Of a stretch of 64,000 nucleotides of DNA, positions 1 to 12,773 are shown in pieces (the first letter of the stretch is position 1; each line of letters begins with the position of its first letter). The translations under genes were made by a program, and so were the position numbers. A model generated the notes under the pieces. It had not been told where the DNA came from and did not search any database. It saw only the letters and a list, made by a program, of their open reading frames with translations. This stretch comes from Octopus vulgaris (Eukaryota): the NCBI GenBank assembly GCA_951406725.2, contig OX597818.1:120466001-120530000 (forward strand), given 5' to 3'.

Positions 1-114
1 CCACACAGATTTCGGTGTCATAGTCCTGCTACAAACTGCTTATCTCTTGTGTAGTGGTTCAGAGCCTTGTCATTCTAGATATTATTATTCTTACTCACCA
101 TTCAAGCGTGATTG

Positions 115-327
115 TTACCAGCGTCGCCTTACTGGCAGTGAATAAACATTTGAGCGAGGGAGGTCGTTGTCAGTGCCGCTGGACGGGCTCCTGTGCAAGT
201 GGCCTGTGAAAAACACCATTTAAGCATGGCCATTGTCAGTACCGCCTGACTAGCCCTTATGCCAGTGGCACATAAAAGCATCCACTACACTCTCGGAGTG
301 GTTGGCGTTAAGAAGAGCATCCAGCTG
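115..327 (+). mobile_element. Fragment of family A (RTE-related SINE-like element)
   Basis: cactacactctcggagtggttggcgttaagaagagcatccagctg core shared with more than 12 copies in the window. Confidence 0.75.
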
Positions 328-456
328 CTTTTCATCTGCACCTCTTTTAAATAAGACTTATTCTTTTATATTGTTAAAATAATTGTTTTTCAAAGACCCC
401 ATTTGTATTCTCTCTTCCCAAATGATTAATCAAATTCTACTTTTTCTCGTTTCCAG

Positions 457-568
457 GGGTTCTCTTGCTGTTGGTTTCTATGGTAATGAAGAGACAAACC
501 GAGGAATGACTAAATTCATAACCCACTTAAAATCCACAACTGGTACAATCCGTGGCTCCCTATCTACA
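457..568 (+). CDS. TTYH: Tweety-family protein, internal exon (first in window): GSLAVGFYGNEETNRGMTKFITHLKSTTGTIRGSLST
   Basis: ttccag acceptor and gtaagt donor, 112 nt; the VGFYGNxET motif is characteristic of Tweety TM2 and the following loop. Confidence 0.93.
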
Positions 569-2004
569 GTAAGTTGCCATTGCTCTCATCTTGTAATTTT
601 AATTATCTTTTGTTTAATGAATGACGTTGTCAGATGTGGTAGGACAGCAGCCATGGTCTTTGAGTTCCCACGAGTAAGGAAAGATAGGAAGAAACCATGA
701 TTTGTGAGTTGTTGTTGTAGAAAGCATTGCACCAAGTCTCTGAGTTACCCTCAAGTTGGGGACCTGGTCTGAATGCTTTCAACATAATGGACTCTACTTA
801 AAAGTAGTGGATTAAGATTATCCTCCAAGTTGAAATGTTAAAAAAGAAATTTGTACAATAGGAATTAAAGTTGATTTGGAAAATGCCGTAATAGTGGGAA
901 AAGAACTTGCTTAAGGACTAAGTAGTATAAAGAATGGTGGCCAATGGGAAGAGGTGTTGACGTTTATGGATGCAATAGGAAAATGTATTGACTGTTGTGG
1001 GCATTGGATAGAGATGGGGATTATTGTGGGCCTAGTCCAGATGTGACAAAATTCACAGGCACATTTGATATATGTGGTGACTGTTATTTGTAAATTGGGT
1101 AAGAGGTGGCAATTGTTGTAGACACACTGGATAAAGTGGCACTGTTGTAGACATATAAGGTATGAATAAGTGTTGACAAGGACATTAGATGCAGAGTGCA
1201 ATGTTCAGCTGTGCCTTTTACATATCTGATGATAGTTATAGGCAAATTGTTGATGTGTGATAATATAGTTGGGGTAGGCATTGGTAGAGGATTGGAATAA
1301 TAGGTTAAACTTGTATTGTTTGCAAAAGATCAAATGTCAAGGTGTACAATGTTGGTGATAATAACAGGTGTAGGAGGGTGATTAAATATTTGTAATGTCT
1401 AGATATCACTTGAGGTTCAGACTTGGTCGTCTCATCACAATGAACTGATTCTTCTTGCTTAGTCTCTGGTCAATCTGATCATGGAAGTCTATGATCAAAG
1501 GTGTTTCAGTCTTGACCGTACTTTCATTTGATTTTGTATTGGTCCATAGTATATTTGATCATTCATTATATTTACTCACTATTAAAGTGACAACACAATA
1601 TTTTCTCTTCTTCAATGAGACAATGAGTAAAAATCAAAATGTTAGTTCAGTTTCTGTGAGGAACGAGATTCTACCAAACCTTTATAGACCATCAGGCAGT
1701 AAGGTATGATCAGAGGACAATTTGGTTGCTATTTCTAACAGATTAGGTGATCATATAAAAACACCTTTGTTGGCTCATCTGGTGAAATCTAAGACATGCA
1801 ACTAAAGTATTCATCTATAGCTTAAAACATGGAGAAAATTGTGTAGCATATACCTGAGATACCTGGAAATATGGAAACGGTAGAGACTATAGATGAGACA
1901 AAAGCAAGTGCAAGATTAAGTAAAAGGAACAATGGTAGCATAACTATATTACTTTCAAATTGCTTAGCTTTAATCCTTCTTTTCCTTTGTATGTATAATT
2001 TCAG

Positions 2005-2240
2005 ATTGATACAATAGACCAGTTATCAACCAGAATCACACATAATGTAGCTGAAGTGAAATATATCTTTCATAGCTCAATAAAGAACAAAACTGTATCT
2101 CGTGATGCAATTGAGCTGATTGAGAAGTTTGTCTACAACACAAAACAAATGCGAGATTATTGCTCTTTCATCAGGCAACAAACAGAACATAATCGACTGG
2201 ATACAATATCTGCTCTTACTACATTAGTGGAACCCTACAG
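2005..2240 (+). CDS. TTYH: TTYH exon: IDTIDQLSTRITHNVAEVKYIF...DTISALTTLVEPYR (extracellular domain 1)
   Basis: tttcag/gtaaga, open for 236 nt, phase 0 to 2, ends in the ExYR|W motif; overlaps ORF 2056..2244. Confidence 0.9.
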
Positions 2241-2460
2241 GTAAGAACATGCTACTTCTGAGGCAGCCAAATAATGGTTTATTATATTCTTTGTTAGATG
2301 CTTAAATAGTGACAGGAATTGTAGAATGATGCACTTAATTTATATAACTATTTATGACTTTGTCTAGAGGAAATGACACTGCTGTATCTGTGACCTTTAC
2401 AGACCCTCCAAGATGGGTAATTGATATAGTTTGGTGTTCAGTTAGAAATAATTTTTTCTA

Positions 2461-2501
<41 letters not shown>

Positions 2502-3044
2502 TAGAAAAAATATCAATGATTAAATAAATTGCAAAAAAATAATAAAAACATATGATTATATACGTTATTATTATTTTTTTTTTGCAACTTACTTAATCAT
2601 TGATATTTTATTGTTATTTTAATTTTAATACTTCTATTATATGTAATTTTCTAGATGGTGTAATTGTTCATTTTGAATTGTTAAAGGTGTTTTTTTTCTA
2701 ATTTTTTATATATATATTACATTGTGTGAAATTTGATTTAGTATTTCTAAATTGAATTTTTTTCCCTGTAAGTTTGGAGTTATATTCCCTCAAATAATTA
2801 TATATATATATATATATATATACACGGTTTTTTTTAGCATTTTTTTTCTTTTACTTGTTTTAATCATTAAACTGGTGCCATGCTGAGACACTGCCCTGAA
2901 GGGTTCAGTCAAACAAATCAGTATTTATTTTTTTTAAAGTCTGGTTCTTATTCTATTTGTCTCTTTTGCCAAACTGCTAAGTTACGGGGACATCAACAGC
3001 TCAACACTGGCTGTCAAACAGTGGACACACATGCATGCACATAC

Positions 3045-3220
3045 CTCCTCACATACACACATACATCCTCACACACACACATACATCCTCACATACACAC
3101 ACATACATCCTCACACACACACACACACATACATCCTCACATACACATACATATCCTTACATACACATACACACACATACATCCTCACACATACATTCAT
3201 ATGAACACACATACACACAC
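3045..3220 (+). repeat. CA-rich minisatellite (CACATACATCCTCACA-like unit)
   Basis: repeated acatcctcacayacac units. Confidence 0.85.
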
Positions 3221-3857
3221 AGAGGAGAATCTGGATAAACTAGGATTTTCAGAAAGAGAAATAGACCAGCTGATTTGTACATTTCAAGTGCAGTCTGTGA
3301 GTGGAACAGTAAAAATATGCAAGACTTTTCTCAAGTTCCAAATGTGAATTTGTCTGTGTTAACTACACCCCAAAGATGGAGTCTTATATCTTTGTTGGAA
3401 ACTGATTCCCTCCTCAGTGAAAGATTTATAATAATTAAGAAATAGAAGATATATAGATACATACATACATACAAGTTGGCCTATGGCTATAGTAGAAAAT
3501 ACACACCAAAGGTGTCACACACAGTGGGACTGAAGCTGGAATCATATTTACAAAGTGAGCTTCTTAACAACAGAGCCATGTTAAAATCCCTCTAGAATTG
3601 ATTCTCATTTGTATCATTTTAAGATCAATAAAACTAGTTCTCATAAGATGCTATAACTAATTTAATTCTATTGAGTAAACCCACTTGCCAACAAATTTAT
3701 TATTTGGCATTATTATGAGAAATCTTTAGGCTTGGAAGAGGAGTAGGACTATAAGTTATGAATTTTAGCAGATTTTTATTATTGAAGTAATTATGTAACT
3801 GCTCAGATTTGATGATTAAATTTTTTGTGTATGTGGTTACTTTCTGGCTTTGAGAAT

Positions 3858-4012
3858 CATCATCATCTAATGTCCGCTTTCCATGCTAGCATGGGTTGGA
3901 CGATTTGACTGAGGACTGGTGAACAAGATGGCTGGGCCAGGCTCCAATCTGATCTGGCAGAGTTTCTACAGCTGTATGCCCTTCCTAAAGCCAACCACCC
4001 CGAGAGTGTAGT
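3858..4012 (-). mobile_element. Family A 3' part
   Basis: (cat)n-gtccgctttccatgctagcatgggttggacg. Confidence 0.8.
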
Positions 4013-4628
4013 AAAAACATAATCCAGCCACCGGACTTTGAAAAATATAGGGAGATAATTGATAGTCTAATAGTAAAATGATTTCTCTTAGTGATTTATT
4101 TTGTATTAATCCAAGCAGTTTCTGTTTTAGTATGTTTGGTTATAGGTTTTTTCAGAGTAAACTCTTTGAAAGGAATGTGACACCATAGTCAGTATCCAAG
4201 GGGGATAATTATACTTGGATAGAACTGCAGCATTGCATTAGTCAGCAAAACCTTTTGAGCTATTCTGTGTCCCCCCCCCACCACCACATATACTATATTA
4301 TCTGTATACTTTGCCATATAATGTTTGACTGTGTAACATACAGTATCAGGGCATATTGAGTGTTTTGACACCCTATTTATTTTTTCTGTGATTAGTACAG
4401 CAAAATAATGATTTTCTAGTTGAATAGCAATCTTGTTTCTTTAAAATTCACTGATTAACATTGATCATGCATTTAAAGAAAAGCAGCAATAATAGTGCTA
4501 ACAATTTATGTGTGAATTTAGCACAGTAACTTTAGAGGGTTGATACCTCTCATGGCAATATCTTCATATTCAGAGTGGGGAAAAAAAAATCATCTTAATT
4601 TTATGACCCCCTCTAGGCTCTATTAAAG

Positions 4629-4943
4629 CAGTGGTTTTCAAGCAAAATCCATATATTATGTGGGGTCCACATCACAAAATAGTAAATTGGGAATCTACAA
4701 TAGTATTTTAAGGGCCCCTGAGAAAATTTTGCTTTAGATGAATGTTGCAAGAAACAGCTGGGTTTCTTTCTCTAACATTTTGCATAGTTCAACTCAGACA
4801 TGTTAATGTGTGTAAAACAAAATAGGAATTTTGAAAAGAAGTTTCTATAAAACTAGTTTTTAAACATGAAATGACTCTGGAGGTCCACTAAAATAAAATA
4901 GTAATCAAAGGGTCCATAGATAAAACATGGTTGAGAACTCCTG
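4629..4943. mobile_element. hAT (Charlie-like) MITE
   Basis: TIRs cagtggttttcaa / ttgagaactcctg; 8-bp TSD tattaaag / tgttaaag. Confidence 0.8.
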
Positions 4944-6794
4944 TGTTAAAGAGAGACTTGGAAGAGATTTAACACTTGCTATTACCAGGAATGTGGCACA
5001 AGTGAATCCAAAGATAAAGCTTTTGGTACTTTGGCTGTGATTTTGAAAAGCAGTTTTGAATATATCCACGAGAAGAGTATCTAAATGTTATTAGATACTT
5101 TAAACATAAATTTGAGATAGAAAGGTATAACAGACTGCCTAACAATCTGTTGCACACGTAACTGTGGCTTTCCAGGTTACCAAGTATACTGCAGAATGCC
5201 ACCTGCTATCCCATCTTCTCAAATTATGTATTCTAAATTATCTGATATCATTTACATGATAATCTCAGCAGTTAATTCATAATTTGATACAGTAGGTTAT
5301 TTTTCATTGTAAACATCAAGCCATGGACACTTTGGTATGTTGAACTTTAGTAGAAGCTTGTAGAGATAAAATGAGAAGTAGAACAAAAGATTTATGGTAT
5401 TTAATTTAAACTGGAAAAGCAGGTATTCTGTATATATTATTAGGTCACTCAAATGTTTATCAGCTAACATATGTCCTTTGTGTCCAATTTGTGGACACAT
5501 CTCCCTCCCAAATTGGGGCTTATAACATTCAGTATCTTTTACATTAAAATCTTATTAGTTAATTCAGCTTTTAAAAATAGAAAGTTTTACCAAGTTGCAA
5601 CACTGTTATTGGAATACTTTGTCTTAACTGCTTAATATTTACTTTCAAACCTAAATTATAATATCTGGTTTATCAGGTTAATAAATGCTTTTAGAATTAA
5701 GGAGTGTTTTACATTTAAATACATATTTTTTATATGTATATATTTGTTTTACATATAAATACATATCTTTTAATATTCTGAATATATATAAATTACGACT
5801 TGTATTTTTTTTTTTTACAGTTTTAGATAAATTCACACTGCAATTAGAATGTAGCCATGCTGGAACTTGAGGGATTTTTCATTGATTATATTGACACCAA
5901 TGCAAATTTCAGTTTGGTGTTTATTTTAGCAATCTCTGGTTAAACATCACTAGTTTAAACGAGATAAGTATTAACACAAATCTAAATACATTAGCATCAT
6001 CATCATTTTACTTTATTATGTTGGTATTGGATTGGGTGGGTCTTCTGAGTCACCTTCTGTGATAAGTAGGGATGTGCTGTGCCTCTTCTAACTCTGGTGT
6101 GTGTGTGTGTATGTGTGTGTGTGTGTGTGTGTGTTGTATGTGTGTGTGTGTTTGTGTATGTGTCTGTGCTTCTCTGAAAATTGCTGGTGATATTTTTGTC
6201 ATTTCCCCTGGCAAGAATTGTTCGCACACCAGATGTAATGCTTAGTGATATTTCATCTGTCCTTACATTCTGAGTTCAAGTTCCACTGAGGCTGACTTTG
6301 CCTTTTATCCTTTTTGGGGTAGATAAAATAAGTACCAGCTAAGCACTGGGGTCAATGCAATCGATTTAACTACTCCTGGGGTAACAGTATAAAATACATG
6401 CACCCCTCTGCCAAGCTATGTCAAGCCAATGTTGCAGGGTAGGTGCATCAAACCAGTATGACTTCAAGCTCAAATTCGTGGCCTCAGCATCAGACTATGG
6501 CTAGTGGAGGGAACATGCTGAGGCCTTTGTCCTGCAGTGTGCTATTCAATCCAGTTCCAATCCTCTCTCAACAAATGGGCTGCTGGCATTCCACTTTTGA
6601 AGACCTACAGAATTAAAAGATCCTTTACTTGAAAAGCAGGGAGAGTTAGTAAGAGGATAGACATTCAGTTTTAAAACCATTCTTCAATAAACTAATCATC
6701 AAGGTGGTGCTCCAGCATGGCTGCAGTCAAAGGACTGAAACAAGTAAAAGTAAAAGAATAACCCATGTTAAGATGGAAAAACAGATATATAAAC

Positions 6795-6830
<36 letters not shown>

Positions 6831-6984
6831 TCATGCCTGGATGCATGCACATGTACACAGACACATACGCATACACCATGGGCTTTTGTGTTGTTTCTGT
6901 CTTCTAAATTCCACTCCCAATGTATTAGTCAACATGGGGTTCACAATAGAAGATATTTGCTCATAGTACCTGATGTTATAATAG

Positions 6985-7729
6985 AAGACCTGGGCGTTAT
7001 TGTCGACAGCGATTTGCATTGGACAAAACACATCGCTAAAATTGCCAGGAAGGTTGAGGGTATCTTGGCATCACTCACCAAGTCCTTTGTGAGCTGCTCT
7101 CCGACTAACTATCGGTGGCTTTATATAGCTATGGAACGACCTCACCTGGAATTTGCATCACCGGTCTGGAACCCCTATCTTGCCCAGGATATTAATTGTC
7201 TGGAAGCTGTTCAGCAACGTGCAACCAAGAGAATACCCACCATCAGGCATTTGCCATATTCTGAACGCCTTACTTCCCTGGGCATGGATACATTGAAACT
7301 CTGATGTCTGGCAGCTGACTTCGCAGACACCCATAAAATTATTAACCATCTTACAAACAATAACTCTGAGCACCTTTTCAAACTCCACTTGTCTAACACC
7401 CGTGGACATGTTTACAAAGTCAGAAAACAGCACAGCTCCTATGACTTTTGGAAACATTTTTTCATGCTAAGAGTTGCTGAAGCATGTAACAGACTGCTGG
7501 CATCAGTTGTTAGTTGTCAGAGCACTGCATCCTTCAAACCTTCCATGCTTTCTGAGATTCACCAACACTACACCTGATTTTCTCCCCTCCATACACGCAT
7601 GTATCTGACTCATACACTGTTCACTTTCCAGACATTTGTACATTACTGCATATGCTTTGTATGCACTTTTGACAAGTTGTGGTGCACCTGAGCACTGTAT
7701 ACAATATTTTCATTATTATTATTATTATT
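6985..7729 (+). mobile_element. 5'-truncated CR1/L2-clade LINE (ORF2 C-terminus, 3'UTR, (ATT)n tail), decayed
   Basis: DLGVIVDSDLHW...LY...RPHLEFASPVWNP...LEAVQQRATK...YSERL..LG, in-frame stop, then TRGH..K..FF.LRV; attattatt tail. Confidence 0.92.
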
Positions 7730-7879
7730 AAGATACTCTCTCAAACTGCTATCTAGTGTTATTGAACCCAGAATCAAGTAATTGTAAAGCTATCCTCTTA
7801 GCCACATGACTATGCCTTATTTTTGTTTCAGTTATAATTTTGCAATATTATGATTGATTGACATTTTAATTTATTTTAG

Positions 7880-7975
7880 GTGGATTGCTACTCTTTCGCT
7901 GTTCAGTGTTCATGCTTTAATAAGCCTCTTGCTGCTTATTGGGATGCTGACTTGTTCCCGTTGTTTGTTGATATT
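7880..7975 (+). CDS. TTYH: TTYH exon: (R)WIATLSLFSVHALISLLLLIGMLTCSRCLLI (TM3)
   Basis: ttttag/gtaagt, 96 nt, hydrophobic, completes YRW; SRCLLI resembles the Tweety TM3-TM4 loop. Confidence 0.92.
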
Positions 7976-9045
7976 GTAAGTATTCACAAATAATAGAGTA
8001 TTATAATTTGCTTGATGCTTTTGTAATGTGTAAATGATATATATGTATTGAAATCACCTTTATACGATGCATAGGGGAAAAGTTAGGCAAAATATGTGTG
8101 TGTGTGTGTATCATCATTTGTTTAATGCTTCTGTTATATTTTGGAAAAGATCCCCGCTTAGGAAATATTAGAAAGAAAACAATCCAAGTGCCTGAACACT
8201 TTTTCTCTGTAATCTTGGGTTATTTTCTTTTTTTATATTTGATAAGGAGAATCTTTCTCGAAATATTATAGAAGCATCAAATAAATGATGACACACACAC
8301 ACGCACACATACAAGCACACATACATAAGCACACACATAAATTTGTGTTTGTTTACAGCTGTGATTGCTTATATAGTGTAGCAAGGGATATTGTTTGTTG
8401 TCAGTTTCTCCTATCAACAAATCATTTGGTCACTTTGTGCATTTGATGCCACATATTGCATTAGAGATCTCTCCCCTGTGAAAATAATAAAATAAAAAAG
8501 AATGAAATTAGCATCACAAAGGATAGTTGGCTGAATACTATGCTTTAGAAAGCATATTTGTCCAACCCATGCAAGCATGGAAAAGCAGACATAAAAGGAA
8601 TGAATAATCTCCAGTGTGCCATGAAGTTTAAAGAAATCAAGAACTACTGAGTTAGAGTTATGGAATTTTATCAGTCACCTCAATGAACTCCAAGATTAAC
8701 GAGTTGGGTAGTATGAGAGTTAATGTTCACTAGACCAGAAATAAGATTGGAATCAGTCTGAGTTCAGTGAAGGGTAGAACTATTAAATCACTGATTACAT
8801 TAGCTATAGAATAGCAGTCGACCAGTTCCTTGTTAGTTTACTCAGTGTGGGCACAGACTTGGAAAGAATGTGTCACTTAGATTAGTAGCTTGTAATTAAA
8901 CTTTAAGAGATATAAGGGTCATAAGAAAGTAATGTTTAGAAAACTGGTATGAAAATTAGGATGTTGTTTTGAAACAGAACTTGCTGTTGGAAATAAAGCA
9001 GTATTTTAACAGCTATGGTTATATATTTTTATTTATTTGGTATTG

Positions 9046-9405
9046 CATCATCATCATTATCATCATCATCATCATCATCGTTTAATGTGCGTTTTCCATG
9101 CTAGCATGGGTTGGACGGTTCAACCGGGGTCTGGGAAACCAGGAGGCTGCACCAGGCTCCAGTCTGATCTGGCAGTGTTTCTACAGCAGGATGCCCTTCC
9201 TAACGCCAGCCACTCCGTGAGTGTAGTCGGTGCTTTTTACGTGCTACTGGTACAGGTGCCAGGGGAGGCTGGCAATGGCCACGATCAGTTGGTGCTTTCT
9301 ATGTGCCACCAGCACGAAAGCCAGTCAAGGTGGTGCTGGTATCGGCCACGTACGGATGGTGCATTTTACATGCCACCGGCACAGGTATCGCAACCACAAT
9401 TTCCA
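9046..9405 (-). mobile_element. Family A SINE-like copy
   Basis: (cat)n tail on +, conserved core. Confidence 0.85.
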
Positions 9406-9583
9406 TGTGAATAATAGCACTGTTGGTTACACAGCATTTTTGATGATGAGTGTTACATGGGACCTGGAAACACATGGTTGTGAAGCATTTTGCTATGCTT
9501 GCACCCAGGTGTAGGGTTAACCAAATAATGAAACAAGTGATTCAGTTTTAGTTTTGTATTAACATAAATTTGCTATTTAGTCT

Positions 9584-9791
9584 TTTACTTGTTTCAGTCA
9601 TTTGACTGCGACTATGCTGGAGCACTGCCTTTAGTTGAGCAAATCGACCCCAGGACTTATATTTTTTGTAAGCCTAGTACTTATTCTATCAGTCTCTTTT
9701 GCCAAACTGCTAAGTTACAGGGATGGAAACACACCAGCCTTGGTTGTCAAGTGATGTTGTGGGGACAAACGCAGATACACAAGCATATAAC

Positions 9792-9832
<41 letters not shown>

Positions 9833-10003
9833 CACATATATGCACACACACATATATATGACAGGCTTCTTTCAGTTTCCGTCTACCAAATCCACTCACA
9901 AGGGTTTGGTTGGCCTGTGGCTATAGTAGAAGACATAGTTGCCCAAGGTGCTATGCAGTGGGACTGAACCCGGAACCATGTGGTTCGTTAGCAAGCTACT
10001 TAC
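9584..10003 (-). mobile_element. Family B tRNA-derived SINE with internal (TA/CA)n
   Basis: reverse complement of the 45219 copy. Confidence 0.85.
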
Positions 10004-10454
10004 AGTGCAATCTGGATGTTAATATAGCTTTACACAGACACCCAAACTAGTAATATAACTGAGAGTATTCTGCATTTATACTCTCACTTGCGTCGTAATA
10101 TAGTGTCTTTGCCTACATTGAGTGTGTAATATTCTCTCCACCCTCCCTCAGTGTATCTCATGAAGTGATCAACTACACAAATTACCTGTGGGGAAACCTG
10201 CAAATTGAGAGCATGAGTGTTATCTTGTGGAGGAGTTGTTTTTCAGAATCACTTGTTTTACTAATATTGTTCTAAAATAATTTTGGTGTTATAGTCCAAG
10301 ATGGCCATAGGCGCAGAGCATTAATTGCAACCTCCCTTCTCAATTTTTCTTGGTCAGCCCCATGTTTTCTACCCCATATTTTTCCTTGTACATTGCTCAA
10401 ACCACCTCACTTTGTTGTTTTCCTATATCACCTCAAGAGGTTTGTCCATATATT

Positions 10455-11075
10455 CTTTTCTACTCTAGGCACAAGGCCCGAAATTTTTGGGGAGGGGGCC
10501 AGTAGATTAGATCGACCCCCAACTGGTACTTAATTTATTGACCGTCCTGTGAGCCATGACAAATAAAGTGAGTTCATGACTCACAGGATGGCCTGCTGTT
10601 CTAACCTTGGATTGTAGAGCGACCTGCTGTGTTTGAGGAGAGCTACTGAGTCAAGTACATCAAAATAAGATACCCGTGCCGGTGACACGTAAAAAGTACC
10701 ATCCGAACGTGGCCGATGCCAGCGCCGCCTTGACTGGTTTCCTTGCTGGTGGCACATAAAAAGCCGTTGCCAGCCTCCTCTGGCCCCTGTGCCAGTGGAA
10801 CGTAAAAAGCACCCACTATATTCATGGAGTGGTTGGCGTTAGGAAGGGCATCCAGCTGTAGAAACACTGCCAGATCAGACTGGAGCCTGGTGCAGCCTCC
10901 TGGCTTCCCAGACCCCGGTCGAACTGTCCAACCCATGCTAGCATGGAAAGCAGACGTTAAATGATGGTGATGAGGATGAAAGGCAGTCGACCATGGCAGA
11001 ATTTGAACTCAGAACATAAAGACAGACGAAATATTGCTAAGCATTTTGCATGGCGTGCAAACATTTCTGCCTTGG
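10455..11075 (-). mobile_element. Family C SINE interrupted by a + strand family A insertion (about 10540-10975)
   Basis: family C halves (...aatttattgacc | ggatgaaaggcagtcgacc...) flank the family A copy. Confidence 0.75.
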
Positions 11076-11409
11076 TTTGCCCATATATTACCATATTAAG
11101 TAGAGCTAGTGTCAATATTGTTCTATTGTATGACTAGATAACTTCGTATTCCACCTTTTCACAATTGACAGAAGAAATTGTTTGTAGTCTTCTGAATGAT
11201 TTCTTTCTTAACATTGTCTTAAGTTCTATGAGCTTAAGGTGTACAGCGCTTATGTGCATTACAACTCATTAGGAAAGGTTATAAGAGAGGACAAAAGTCA
11301 AGTAAAGAAAGACAGCAGAAAAGGCTGGAAGTACATGCACAGTACACAGAATAAAACAAAAAGCTGAAAAAGGGAACATTAAGAGTCTTAAAGAGATAAA
11401 AGTACGTGG

Positions 11410-11600
11410 GCATGTCTGGTGTAGTGTTGGCAAATTTCAGAAAGCATGGCGTTTTTGAAGGATGCCTTGCCCTGACTGTTTACTGCAGATGTGGGTAGTT
11501 AATTCCATATTTTGATTATTCAGAGTTTGTAAAAATGTTTCTGAAAATCATGGATACTGTGCTAAGTTTTATGATTTCTATAAGCATGTCCATGAATAGT
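11410..11600 (-). mobile_element. Decayed CR1-type LINE 3' end
   Basis: minus-strand translation ...KHF...IWN*LP...ASFKNAMLSEICQHYT matches the 7400-7577 LINE end. Confidence 0.75.
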
Positions 11601-12052
11601 AATGGTATTGAAATCAAACATTTTCTTTCAAATTTGCTCAAAATTATTAAAACACAGGCTGGTTTTATTTTATTTTTTTTACTAAACCAGCCTGTGTTTG
11701 AATAAGGTTAATTTTCATTGTTTCTTTCATTTAAATAAAGCTTCGAGCAAATCATTGTTTGATGTTTAGTTAAACTTTTTATGATCGTTTTCACTTTTAC
11801 TTTTTCTTTAAGAGTTGCGCACCCCAAATATTTTACCTAGTTAGGTCATATTTATTTTCATTAAAGTCAAAAGCTAACATGCTTCTTCAATCAGCTTGTT
11901 TATATATGAGCAAAAATCTAAAATAGATTTTGTGGTGTAGGCTTGACAAGTAGTGCATGAGAAGAATAACAGTGCACTAGAGAGTTCATGAATATACTTT
12001 TAGCTTTGTTCCATGTTCCTTTGTAGTTTTTAGGCCATTATGTAACCCACAA

Positions 12053-12445
12053 AGGTGGCAGACTAACAGAAATGTTAGCACACCAGGCGAAATGCTTAGC
12101 AATATTTTGTCTGTCTTTACAGTCTGAGTTCAAATACTGCCGAGGTCGACTTTGCTTTTCATCCTTTCGGGGTCGATAAATTAAGTGCCAGTTGTGTACT
12201 GGGGTCAATCTAATCGACTGGTCCACTCCCCCAAAATTTCAGGCCTTGTGCTTAGAATAGAAAAGAAATGCTTAGTGGTATTTCGTCTGTCTTTATGTTC
12301 TGAGTTCAAATACTACCAAGGTCAACTTTGCCTTTGATCCTTTCAGGGTCGATAAATTAAGTACCAGTTGCATACTGGAGTTGATATAATTGACTGGTCC
12401 CACTCCCCTGAAAATTTCAGGCCTTGTGCCTAGAGTAGAAAAGAT
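12053..12445 (+). mobile_element. Family C SINE, partial tandem dimer (Meta-domain-like core)
   Basis: two ttcatcctttcggggtcgataaattaagtaccag-like cores. Confidence 0.85.
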
Positions 12446-12700
12446 TATGTGACTCACAGGCATAGTACATAGTTGAAAAAGACATTAGTCTTTCTTCCTT
12501 TTTTTTTCTTCTTGAGGGAAAATGGCTGTTACTTCTAGCAATTCAATGGATCATACAGAGGTTCCCTAAATGAATTGTCTCAAGTGATTGATTACTAATC
12601 TTAACAACTGCTAAAAAATAATTATCTGTGTTAATGAGCAGCAGTAATATTTATCCCTGTCATCTTACATATTGATACTTTATTTCTTGTCTCCTTACAG

Positions 12701-12773
12701 CTGCGTATTGTTTGGGTGCCTAGCTCTGATGTTAATCTGGATTGGTGGAGGGCTTTATCTTGGAACTGCTGTG
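12701..12773 (+). CDS. TTYH: TTYH exon: (F)CVLFGCLALMLIWIGGGLYLGTAV (TM4)
   Basis: ccttacag/gtaagt, 73 nt, phase-consistent, hydrophobic. Confidence 0.92.

Noticed and set aside
383-700. 105-aa ORF as a standalone gene
   Set aside because: Only 457-568 is Tweety-like and bounded by splice sites; the rest is intron read-through
700-1400. Possible decayed LINE coding remnant on the minus strand
   Set aside because: Too degenerate to assign a motif with confidence without a search
9037-9414. Recurrent ORFs such as MGWTVRPGSGKPGGCTRLQSDLAVFLQ
   Set aside because: Chance translation of family A repeats with inconsistent frames between copies
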